Shown: positions 1 to 8,299 of the stretch, one piece after another
Layout: the number at the start of each line of letters is the position of its first letter
How positions within the stretch are numbered: position 1 is the stretch's first letter
Origin: an uncultured Legionellaceae bacterium
Lineage (GTDB): Bacteria > Pseudomonadota > Gammaproteobacteria > Legionellales > Legionellaceae
Reading direction: 5' to 3'
DNA: 64,000 nt
Assembly: GCA_964493245.1 (NCBI GenBank)
Contig: CAZBNB010000011.1
Coordinates: forward strand, 1,124-65,123
The notes under the pieces: model-generated
The model's database searches: none
Seen by the model: only the letters and a program-made list of their open reading frames with translations
What the model was told of the DNA's origin: nothing
Program-made: the position numbers and the translations under genes

Positions 1-509
1 TGAAAACACAAACACTCGCTAACTTAGAACTCGCTCGCTTAGGATCGCGCAAAGATCGTATTACAGCACAGAAAGCCGCTGCATTTTCAGTTCAAAGCCA
101 TGTTGATTTATTGAAATGGGAAATTCAGCAAAAGCATTTATCTGCTCCCACCGCTGGCGTGGTGTTTGATACCTATTATCGTCCGGGTGAGTATGTGGCC
201 GGCGATCATCCTGTTTTGTCGATTGTTGCACCTGAAAATACATACATTGAGTTTTTTGTACCCCTAGATGAATTGAAAAACATCCATCTTGGCAAGGAAA
301 TTTACTTTAGTTACGAAACTCAAACGGAAAAACAACGCGCTAAAATCATTTATGTCTCCCCTGAGGCTGAGTATATGCCCCCATTGGTATACAGCCGCAG
401 TAACAGCGATAAAATTGTTTTTCGCATTAAGGCCAATATACTCAGTCATGGGCGTTTGATCCCTGGTGAGCCAGTCATTGTTTCGATTGGAACATCTCAT
501 GACAGCTAA
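1..509 (+). CDS. HlyD/YbhG-family periplasmic adaptor (membrane fusion protein), C-terminal part; 5' end lies outside the window
   Basis: Frame 3 is open from base 3 to the TAA at 507-509. The C-terminal sequence (GEYVAGDHPVLSIV .. IIYVSPEAEY .. VFRIKA .. PGEPV) is typical of HlyD-type adaptors. It is directly followed by an ABC ATPase and ABC-2 permease, as in ybhGFSR-type operons. Confidence 0.7.
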   Translation, partial: KTQTLANLELARLGSRKDRITAQKAAAFSVQSHVDLLKWEIQQKHLSAPTAGVVFDTYYRPGEYVAGDHPVLSIVAPENTYIEFFVPLDELKNIHLGKEIYFSYETQTEKQRAKIIYVSPEAEYMPPLVYSRSNSDKIVFRIKANILSHGRLIPGEPVIVSIGTSHDS

Positions 510-1416
510 TTTAATTATTGATGTCAATGCGTTATGCAAGTCTTTTCAAAACCGTATGGTTGTTAATCATGTCAATTTACAAGTTAAGAAAGGCGAAGTT
601 TTTGGATTTTTAGGGCCTAATGGCAGTGGCAAAACCACCACAATCCGTATGTTATGTGGTTTATTGACGCCTGATTCCGGAGACGGGACCTGTCTTGGTT
701 ACAATATTTTAACAGAATCATCCAAGATTAAAGCAAAAGTGGGTTATATGACGCAGCAGTATAGTTTTTATACGGATCTTTCCGTTGAAGAAAACTTACT
801 GTTTATTGCCAGTGTCTATGAAATTGATAATCGTAAAACACGTGTTTTGGCTATTATGGAAGAGCATGGTTTGATGGGGTACCGCCATACGTTAACTGGG
901 CATCTATCTGGCGGCTGGAAACAACGAGTCGCACTCGCGGCTTGCTTATTACATGAACCAGATGTTTTATTGTTAGATGAACCAACCTCTGGGATCGACC
1001 CCATCGCTAGACGCGAGTTTTGGGATAAAATTCATGCTCTCAGTGATAAAGGTATTACCACTCTCATGGCTACGCATTATATGGATGAGGCAGAGCGTTG
1101 TACACGATTAGCTTATTTGGCTTACGGTGACATTTTAATCACAGGCACGGTTGATGAAGTGATTGCTGCAACTGGTTTAAAAACCTGGACGATAGAAGGT
1201 GACGTGACCACTGGCTTGTTGCAAAAAATAAAAACAATGGAAGGTGTGACACAAGCGGCGTTATTTGGTCGTCATATCCATGTTTCGGGGTTTGATACAA
1301 GTGTAATAGAAGGACATTTAAAAGCATTGAAGTCCACAGATGCTATTCAATATCGACCCATCGAATCAACACTGGAAGATGCCTTTATCAGCTTGGTTGA
1401 GCGAGATAAAAAATGA
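499..1416 (+). CDS. ABC transporter ATP-binding protein (ABC-2 type exporter)
   Basis: Walker A GPNGSGKTT, ABC signature LSGGWKQR, Walker B LLLDEPTSGID. The ATG at 499 overlaps the upstream stop (cATGAcagcTAA context). The ORF track gives a longer ORF from 466. Confidence 0.9.
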   Translation: MTANLIIDVNALCKSFQNRMVVNHVNLQVKKGEVFGFLGPNGSGKTTTIRMLCGLLTPDSGDGTCLGYNILTESSKIKAKVGYMTQQYSFYTDLSVEENLLFIASVYEIDNRKTRVLAIMEEHGLMGYRHTLTGHLSGGWKQRVALAACLLHEPDVLLLDEPTSGIDPIARREFWDKIHALSDKGITTLMATHYMDEAERCTRLAYLAYGDILITGTVDEVIAATGLKTWTIEGDVTTGLLQKIKTMEGVTQAALFGRHIHVSGFDTSVIEGHLKALKSTDAIQYRPIESTLEDAFISLVERDKK

Positions 1417-2582
1417 AAAAAATACGCTTAAACTTGAGTAAGCTCCAACATTTCCGCACGTCATTTTCTCGTTTGGGTGCGATGATTGTCAAAGAGTTCA
1501 TTCAAATTCGCCGAGATAAGACCACGCTGGGGATGATGATAGGTATCCCCGTTATTCAATTGGTTTTATTTGGTTTTGCTATTAATTTAAACCCTCGTCA
1601 TTTACCTGCTGCTGTTGTCGGAGATGATTATAGTCCATTCACGCGACGTATCTTGGTGAGTATGGAAAACTCCAGCTATTTTCGTTTTTTACCGGGAACG
1701 ATGACAGAAAAGCAGGCTTTGCATGCATTAAAAATTGGTAAAGTACAATTTATTGTCAATTTTCCTCCCCATTTTTCACGTGATGTTATTAAAGGCATCC
1801 ATCCCCCTGTATTGTTACAAGCCGATGCCACTGATCCGGCAGCAACCAGTCGAGCCACATCGGTATTCAGTGACTTGTCGAGGATGGCTTTGACAAATGA
1901 GTTAGATGGGCCGCTTCGATATTTAGCAGATAAAAAGCCACCTTACGTACCGATAATACACGCGATGTATAATCCTTTGGCCATTACGTCTTACAATATT
2001 GTACCGGCTTTACTTGGCGTTGTATTGACAATGACTTTGGTGATTATCACCGCGCTTGCGATCACGCGAGAGTATGAAAGAGGCACCATGGAAAATCTTT
2101 TGGCGACGCCATTAAAGCCGCTGGAAGTCATGATTGGTAAAATTTTGCCCTACATTATGGTGGGTTATGTACAAATTATGTTAATTTTAGTGATCGCAAA
2201 ATTTGTTTTTGGTGTGCCGATGCAAGGCAGTATTTTGTTGTTATTGATTTTGTGCTTACCTTTTATTGCAGCCAATTTGGCTGTTGGATTAACTTTTTCT
2301 ACCTTGGCAACCAATCAATTACAAGCGGTACAAAGTGCGATGTTTTTCTTTTTGCCGTCTATTTTATTGTCTGGGTTTATGTTTCCATTTCGTGGCATGC
2401 CAGAATGGGCGCAATACTTAGGAAACGTATTGCCGCTAACGCATTTTGTTGTGATTGTCAGAGGAATTTTGCTGAAGGGAAATGGCCTATTGGATGTGTG
2501 GCGAGAAGTGATTCCTATTATTATTTTTATGTTGATCGCAATGTGGGTTGGTGTCAAACGTTATCGCAGTACGTTAGATTGA
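1413..2582 (+). CDS. ABC-2 family transporter permease (YbhS/YhhJ-like)
   Basis: ATGA start/stop overlap with the ATPase gene. One N-terminal TM, a large periplasmic loop and a C-terminal cluster of 5 TM segments fit the ABC-2 permease pattern. Confidence 0.85.
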   Translation: MKKIRLNLSKLQHFRTSFSRLGAMIVKEFIQIRRDKTTLGMMIGIPVIQLVLFGFAINLNPRHLPAAVVGDDYSPFTRRILVSMENSSYFRFLPGTMTEKQALHALKIGKVQFIVNFPPHFSRDVIKGIHPPVLLQADATDPAATSRATSVFSDLSRMALTNELDGPLRYLADKKPPYVPIIHAMYNPLAITSYNIVPALLGVVLTMTLVIITALAITREYERGTMENLLATPLKPLEVMIGKILPYIMVGYVQIMLILVIAKFVFGVPMQGSILLLLILCLPFIAANLAVGLTFSTLATNQLQAVQSAMFFFLPSILLSGFMFPFRGMPEWAQYLGNVLPLTHFVVIVRGILLKGNGLLDVWREVIPIIIFMLIAMWVGVKRYRSTLD

Positions 2583-2641
2583 ACAACTAAGCTCTTATTA
2601 AAGTGGGTTCAAAAAGTCATTATACGATGTTTGACTGAAGG

Positions 2642-2740
2642 GAAGTGTCTCTTGGTTGGGGGTTATCCTTTAAGGGCCGTTGGCCGCCATGGATGTGTCT
2701 AGCGTGTCCTTAAAGGATAACCCCAACCAAGAGACGCTTC
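2642..2740. repeat. Palindromic intergenic element, family C (copy C1)
   Basis: The arms gaagtgtctcttggttgggggttatcctttaagg and ccttaaaggataaccccaaccaagagacgcttc are reverse complements. Related copies lie at 23944-24000 (half copy) and 25478-25600 (opposite orientation, diverged). Confidence 0.8.
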
Positions 2741-2811
2741 TGGCACGATACTTTACGTTATTTTTTGATTACATTTTAATCAAATGGCTGTGATTCAATA
2801 AGGAGATCAGG

Positions 2812-3240
2812 TTGAATATTTTGCAATTTTCTAGCTGTAAACGCTTACAGTTGATTTTTTTGATAAGTTTCTTATTCGTTTCGTTTGCTTACGCGGATAA
2901 GAGCACTGAGCTTAAAAAGCTGTCTATGGCAAATAATCAGTTTGTGATTAGTTTTCCGGCGAACCCTTCAACAGGGTATACTTGGACCATCGTGTATTAT
3001 GATCAGAGCCGTTTTAACTTATTAAAAAGTGAATATATTACACCTGAAAAAATAAAGCGGATTGGTGCCGCGGGTAAAATGTTGTATGAATTTCAGGTGC
3101 GTGAATCGGGTACATTTCCATTTTCATCGAAAATAACATTTCGCTATGCCAGGCCTTGGGATAAAAACAGTGGTGTTAATAAAACCGCGACTATTACTGT
3201 GCGACAACCGCAACGGCGGCCATCAGTACAAATCCAATAA
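2812..3240 (+). CDS. Chagasin-family (MEROPS I42) cysteine peptidase inhibitor, secreted
   Basis: TTG start 8 nt after AGGAGA. N-terminal signal peptide (LIFLISFLFVSFAYA). Contains the three hallmark chagasin loops NPSTGYTW, GAAG and RPW (YARPWD). Confidence 0.75.
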   Translation: MNILQFSSCKRLQLIFLISFLFVSFAYADKSTELKKLSMANNQFVISFPANPSTGYTWTIVYYDQSRFNLLKSEYITPEKIKRIGAAGKMLYEFQVRESGTFPFSSKITFRYARPWDKNSGVNKTATITVRQPQRRPSVQIQ

Positions 3241-3976
3241 TAACAAAACTGAAATAGCGTAGGTTACAACAGCGCTCTACCATGACGCAGCGCTCTAAGC
3301 CGTGTAGTGTTCCTAAGTATAAAAAAGTACCAGCGGAAATAGCGAGCATGATAGGATCTATCAACGAGGTGTTTTTTAGTCCGTATTGGAACGCCCACCC
3401 TGTGTAAATGCCCAAAGGTGTCATTAAGGCAAATAAGCCGAATAAAATTAAAGCCGTGCTAAAACGCATGGAGGTTTTGTTAAGCTGTACAGCGATGGCA
3501 AAACTTTCGGCCCACTTGTGTGTGATAATCGCAAGAAACAACATAATCGCAATCGAGAGCTCATGTGCTAGCCCCAATGCGGTACCGAGAACAAAAGAAT
3601 GCACCGACAGCATTAACCAAGCCAAAACTGCAAATCCTGGATGTGGATCTGGATGATGACTATGATCAGCGTGATGATCATGGTGGTGATATAATTCTTT
3701 GGCTAGATGTTCTAACCACAAAAACAGTAAGAAAATGAGACCGGTAATGAGAGGGGCAAATGGGTATTGATATCCCAGTTGAGCAAACATCGTGCTTGAT
3801 TCTGGTAATAGGTGCAGTAATCCTGCTCCCAAAAACACCCCAGTCGCCAGCGTTTCTCCAAATGGGAAGTCAAAATGACTGGTTTTTTGTCGCTTACGAA
3901 ACGGATACCATCCAGCAAGAACAATGATGAGTAGAATGCTGCTTGCAAAAAATACTTTTAAGGTTGTTGCTGACAT
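3194..3976 (-). CDS. ZIP-family divalent metal (zinc) transporter
   Basis: Polytopic membrane protein with a central His-rich cytoplasmic loop (HHHDHHADHSHHPDPHPG) and a ZIP-like HKWAES motif in the following TM. Confidence 0.8.
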   Translation of the reverse strand: MSATTLKVFFASSILLIIVLAGWYPFRKRQKTSHFDFPFGETLATGVFLGAGLLHLLPESSTMFAQLGYQYPFAPLITGLIFLLFLWLEHLAKELYHHHDHHADHSHHPDPHPGFAVLAWLMLSVHSFVLGTALGLAHELSIAIMLFLAIITHKWAESFAIAVQLNKTSMRFSTALILFGLFALMTPLGIYTGWAFQYGLKNTSLIDPIMLAISAGTFLYLGTLHGLERCVMVERCCNLRYFSFVIIGFVLMAAVAVVAQ

Positions 3977-4010
3977 AAATTAATATCCGAATTTTGAATG
4001 ATTATGGTAA

Positions 4011-4150
4011 ATGTTCAGGCAATTGCGTCAACTTAAGACGTCATTGCGAGCTTTGTTAAGCAATCCCCGGTTCTGTGTACTATATCTGGCTTGCTTCGCG
4101 ATGCTCACAAAGACCTTTTTTCCTTAAGTTGACGCCATTGAGTGAACACT
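4011..4150. repeat. Palindromic MITE-like element, family B (copy B1)
   Basis: Terminal inverted repeats atgttcaggcaattgcgtcaacttaag / cttaagttgacgccattgagtgaacact. A second full copy lies at 6437-6545. Confidence 0.8.
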
Positions 4151-4156
4151 GACTGA

Positions 4157-5383
4157 TTATGAGTCTGGTTTGTTTTTAATATACTCAGAAACAGTGAAGA
4201 AGCGCCATTCTGTAACCTCAGAATGTTGTTTAAAATCATTGGTTAAGCGGTTTTGTAATGCTTCGCTTGCTGCTTGAGTCAGCAGAATATCAATGTGTAT
4301 CTTACCATCTAAGTAATGTAGCACCCATGTTTTTACTTGGGAAAAATCTTCTTTTAAGGGGGTTAAAACGCTTTGCTCTAAGATACGTCGACTGGGTAAA
4401 TGTAATGAGGGTGACACCACTTCATCGTCTTCTGGATCGATATGTACGGTCACATCCTTCACCTGCTTCATTTGTTTTGTCAAAGTATGATGGACAAACT
4501 GTGCAATGTAATGCCCCTCTGAGACAGAAATGTAAGGTGACACAATAACGTGAACATCAATAAAGATATCTTTTCCCATCATGCGACTGCGTAACTGATG
4601 AATGCGCTCAACCCCAGGGACTTCATGAATGGTTTTTTCTATTTCAGCGATTTGCGGGATTGAAACGCCCGTGTCAACCAATTCTTTGACACTGTCCCAG
4701 CCATAACGAATCCCCATTTTAATGATCATGCTACCAATGATGATGGCGGCGATAGGATCGAGCACATGGAATCCTGCCATGCTGCCGATTAAACCCAAAG
4801 TAACAACTAAAGATGCCGCTGCATCCGAGCGATGATGCCATGCATTGGCAATAATGAGAGCTGAGTCAATTTGTTTCCCAATGTAATGCGTGTAGTGAAA
4901 TAAGAGTTCATTGGTGATAATGGCACAAATGGCGATCGGTAATGCGGCACCTTGAGGTGTCGTGAGTTGATGGGACAAGACTTCGTGCAGTGAATCCCAA
5001 GCGATGCCTGCACCAGTTAAAATCAATAACATTGCCAGCAACAGCGTTGTGGCGGTTTCAATGCGCTGATGTCCATATGGGTGGAGTGTGTCAGCATCCT
5101 GACTACCGTACTTTGAAGCAACTAACACCATCGCGTCAGTTAAAAGATCGGAAAAAGAATGCACGCCATCGGCAATTAGAGCATGAGAGTGAAAATAAGC
5201 TCCGCCTACTATTTTTAAGAGGCCTAAACAAGCATTTGCAGCCGCACCAATCAAAGTGACTTTTTTCGCTTGGGCATAACGTTTTGATTGTGTCACGGTT
5301 AGCTCATGGTAGTTAAAAATGGATTTTAGCGCATCTTTTAAAATGCCATCGACGAAAAAATCGCTGGCATTTTCAATGATCAC
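4157..5383 (-). CDS. Cation diffusion facilitator (CDF) family metal efflux protein with an extra C-terminal domain
   Basis: CDF HxxxD metal-site motifs in TM2 (HSFSDLLTD) and TM5 (HHRSDAAAS), plus a cytoplasmic CTD. There are about 85 extra C-terminal residues compared with typical FieF-size proteins. Confidence 0.85.
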   Translation of the reverse strand: MIIENASDFFVDGILKDALKSIFNYHELTVTQSKRYAQAKKVTLIGAAANACLGLLKIVGGAYFHSHALIADGVHSFSDLLTDAMVLVASKYGSQDADTLHPYGHQRIETATTLLLAMLLILTGAGIAWDSLHEVLSHQLTTPQGAALPIAICAIITNELLFHYTHYIGKQIDSALIIANAWHHRSDAAASLVVTLGLIGSMAGFHVLDPIAAIIIGSMIIKMGIRYGWDSVKELVDTGVSIPQIAEIEKTIHEVPGVERIHQLRSRMMGKDIFIDVHVIVSPYISVSEGHYIAQFVHHTLTKQMKQVKDVTVHIDPEDDEVVSPSLHLPSRRILEQSVLTPLKEDFSQVKTWVLHYLDGKIHIDILLTQAASEALQNRLTNDFKQHSEVTEWRFFTVSEYIKNKPDS

Positions 5384-5467
5384 CGGTATATGTTAAAATA
5401 CCACAACGAATAAAGCTATAGAACGATAGATCAAAACCAGCATTTTGCATCATTAGGAGTATACACA

Positions 5468-6214
5468 TTGCGACATCGTGAAGGCCGCTCAGGCATTTAT
5501 TTATTACCCAATTTATTTACAACCGCGAGTTTATTCGCGGCGTTTTATGCCATTGTTGCAACCATGCATTCACATTTTGAAGTGGCTGTGGTCGCTATTT
5601 TTACCGGAATGGTTGCTGATGGTTTAGATGGTCGTATTGCCAGAATGACAAACACGCAAACGGCATTTGGTGCGGAGTATGATAGCCTGACGGATATGGT
5701 TACCTTTGGTGTTGCACCGGCTTTGCTTTTTTATAATTGGAGCTTACACTCCTTGGGTAAAGTAGGTTGGTTAATTGCTTTTGTTTACACCGCTGCTGTG
5801 GCGCTCCGTTTGGCCCGGTTTAATACGCAAATTGAAACAGCAGATAAACGCTACTTTCAAGGCCTAAGTTCAACGTTAGGCGCAGCATTGATGGCGTCTT
5901 TCGCATGGGTTTGCAACCAAAACCACTGGAATCAGCCGATTATTTCAGCATTATTAACGTTGACTACAGCTATTTTAATGGTGAGCAACATTCGCTACAA
6001 TAGTTTTAAGGAGCTCGATTTTAAAGGGAAAATTCCTTTTATTTACGTTTTGTTGATTGTTTTCTTGTTTGTTGCTGTGGCCGCAAATCCCTCCTTTATG
6101 CTGTTTGGAGCGTCATTGGTCTATGCGGCGTCAGGCCCCATGCAAACGTTGCGTGCTTTGCAGCGCGTTAGAAAGCATCGTCATCGTTTAATTCGATCGA
6201 AGAAACAAAAGTAA
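5468..6214 (+). CDS. pssA: CDP-diacylglycerol--serine O-phosphatidyltransferase (CDP-alcohol phosphatidyltransferase family)
   Basis: CDP-alcohol phosphatidyltransferase motif DGLDGRIAR..G..YDSLTD in a multi-TM protein. TTG start per the ORF track. Confidence 0.85.
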   Translation: MRHREGRSGIYLLPNLFTTASLFAAFYAIVATMHSHFEVAVVAIFTGMVADGLDGRIARMTNTQTAFGAEYDSLTDMVTFGVAPALLFYNWSLHSLGKVGWLIAFVYTAAVALRLARFNTQIETADKRYFQGLSSTLGAALMASFAWVCNQNHWNQPIISALLTLTTAILMVSNIRYNSFKELDFKGKIPFIYVLLIVFLFVAVAANPSFMLFGASLVYAASGPMQTLRALQRVRKHRHRLIRSKKQK

Positions 6215-6235
6215 CGAGTATTCATAACCTAACAT

Positions 6236-6409
6236 AACCCCAGTTCGGCGTTTTTATGCTTTTAAATCGAGAGAAATCAATGAGTACGAGGCAAACGCTC
6301 TAAAAAAGCGCAGCACTAGCAGCGCTAATGTGAGCATTTTTTAGAGCGTTTAACGAAGTAATCATTGATTTCTCTCGATTTAAAAGTATAAAAACGCCGA
6401 ACTGGGGTT
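6236..6409. mobile_element. 175-bp MITE, family A (copy A1) with 5-bp target-site duplication
   Basis: Termini aaccccagttcggcg / cgccgaactggggtt, with nested internal palindromes. Flanked by aacat on both sides (6231-6235 and 6410-6414). Confidence 0.85.
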
Positions 6410-6436
6410 AACATATGTAAGCCGTAACCGTTCATA

Positions 6437-6545
6437 CAATGGCGTAAACTTAAGACGTCATTGCAAGCTTCGCTTTCTGTGTGCTGTAATCTGGTTTGCT
6501 TTGCGAAGCTTGCAGCGACATTTTTTCCTTAAGTTGACACCATTG
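6437..6545. repeat. Palindromic MITE-like element, family B (copy B2)
   Basis: caatggcgtaaacttaagacgtcattgc ... ccttaagttgacaccattg aligns with B1 along its length. It sits 27 bp from MITE A1. Confidence 0.8.
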
Positions 6546-6736
6546 ACCGTGCATAGGGATCATGTAAGTGTTTACGCAATTGCGACAGCGTGCGCCTAGT
6601 TCTGGCTGCTTTTTTTGACAGAGTGAGCATTTACTTTTGAGTATTTTACTGTCGAAAAAGGAGCAGAATCATTAAAACTAATACGAGCAATACCTCATTA
6701 TTTAAAATATTATTCATCGCCAGCCTCGGTAGTGGC

Positions 6737-7933
6737 TTGGAAATGTATGATTTTGTTGTCTACATTTTCTTTGCCCCTTTTTTAGCAAAACAATTCTTTC
6801 CAACTGAAAGTCACTTTGCTTCGTTATTGTTGGTTTTTAGTGTCTTTGCGGTTGGTTTTTTTTGTCGGGTATTAGGTGCGCTAATTTTTGGGTATCTGGG
6901 TGATACCAAGGGTAGAAAAAAAACGCTTATTTATACCGTTACGCTGATGGCTTTTCCAATGGTCATTTTGACACTATTGCCGACCTATCAACAAATTGGT
7001 ATTGCTGCGCCTATTATTTTAACCGTTATGCGCTGTTTGCAGGGCTTGGCTGTAGGGGGAGAGTTCAGTGGTTCTCTGACTTTAGTAACCGAATATTTTC
7101 CGACAGAGCGGCGTGGTTATGTGTGTAGTTGGATTATTTTAGCATTGAATGCCGGTATTTTATTGGCATCTTTGGTCAGCATGTTGATTAATAAATTAAT
7201 GATAGAGAACCATGGTCTGCAATGGGGATGGCGCGTTGCTTTTTTTCTTGGCTGTATTTTAGCGATCATCATTGCCGTTATGCGACGACATTTTGCAGAG
7301 ACACCTTTGTTTTTAAAATTATCTCAGCAAGGTGGCGCGACCACGTCTCCCGTTCTTGAGCTATTTTTAGAGCAAGGCAAGAGTACGCTTCAATTAATAT
7401 TTGCTAATATTGGTCCGGCGTTAAGTGTGGGCATGATTATGTTTCTCCCGACTTATTTACAGAGCTTTTCACATATCAATCATCCAACGATTGTTTTTAT
7501 CAGCAACAGTATATTTTTATTTATTTTGTGTGTTTTACTCCCCATCTTTGGGCGACTGTCGGATAAAATAGGGCGCAAACCGGTTTTAGGTGTTGGATTA
7601 GTCAGTATTGCGGTATTGATACATCCTATCGGCCATGTATTATCATCGACACAAAACTACTTTATTATGTTGTTGTGTTTGTTCTGTTTGGCGGTGATGG
7701 TTGCGATGGTATTAGGTGCGTTTGGTGGCTTTTTAGCCGATAATTTTGCAACAAAATTTCGTGCTTCCGGAATTGGTCTGAGCTATAACATTCCCTTTGC
7801 ATTGATAACCGGAACCTTCCCAATGCTTTCTTTAGCAATTATTCATCACACCCATACGCTGATATACCAGTATGGCTATGTTAGTTTGTTGGCTCTTATT
7901 TCATTGATTTTTGTGATGTCAGTTAAGCGGTAA
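6737..7933 (+). CDS. MFS transporter, metabolite:H+ symporter (ProP/MHS-like) family; true start probably upstream at a non-canonical codon
   Basis: 12-TM pattern, E(M/W)YDF motif at the end of TM1, MFS loop motif GYLGDTKGRKK. The frame is open back to 6641 and encodes the rest of TM1 (see findings). Confidence 0.8.
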   Translation: MEMYDFVVYIFFAPFLAKQFFPTESHFASLLLVFSVFAVGFFCRVLGALIFGYLGDTKGRKKTLIYTVTLMAFPMVILTLLPTYQQIGIAAPIILTVMRCLQGLAVGGEFSGSLTLVTEYFPTERRGYVCSWIILALNAGILLASLVSMLINKLMIENHGLQWGWRVAFFLGCILAIIIAVMRRHFAETPLFLKLSQQGGATTSPVLELFLEQGKSTLQLIFANIGPALSVGMIMFLPTYLQSFSHINHPTIVFISNSIFLFILCVLLPIFGRLSDKIGRKPVLGVGLVSIAVLIHPIGHVLSSTQNYFIMLLCLFCLAVMVAMVLGAFGGFLADNFATKFRASGIGLSYNIPFALITGTFPMLSLAIIHHTHTLIYQYGYVSLLALISLIFVMSVKR

Positions 7934-8029
7934 ATATTCATTCCGTACGCTGAAACGGTTGGGTTCAGTAAGTGCAGCGATGAGCTGTTCTGAGGTCATT
8001 GTTCACTCTTGCGGGGTGGACAATGGCTG

Positions 8030-8299
8030 CTATTCTTGCTCGTGAAAGCGGTCGTTAATCAATTGTATCAACGCACTTTCCATCTCTTGTTCGTCAGGGC
8101 CATCAATTTTTAACATTAATTCTGTGCCTTGATTGGCTGCTAACATCATCACGCCCATGATACTTTTGCCATTAATAATGTGTGATGCTTTGTGTACTTC
8201 GAGGCTACTCTGAAAGCGTGCGGCAGTGGAAACAAATTTGGCAGAAGCACGGGCGTGCAAACCTAATTTATTCACTATTTTGATAGTTACTTCTCTCAT
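8030..8299 (-). CDS. ptsO: HPr-family phosphocarrier protein NPr
   Basis: 89 aa with the HPr active-site context KLGLHARA. Sits immediately downstream of ptsN. Confidence 0.85.
   Translation of the reverse strand: MREVTIKIVNKLGLHARASAKFVSTAARFQSSLEVHKASHIINGKSIMGVMMLAANQGTELMLKIDGPDEQEMESALIQLINDRFHEQE

Noticed and set aside
2252-2590. 112-aa alternative-frame ORF overlapping the ABC-2 permease gene
   Set aside because: It is on the same strand in a different frame from a well-supported permease. It has no motif and is a frame artefact.
6235-6545. Possibility that the recurring palindromes are a CRISPR array or tRNA-like genes
   Set aside because: The copies are dispersed kilobases apart, are 100-200 bp long and are themselves hairpins. 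There is no regular repeat-spacer periodicity, no cas genes, and no cloverleaf/T-loop (GGTTCGA-type) motif anywhere in the window.
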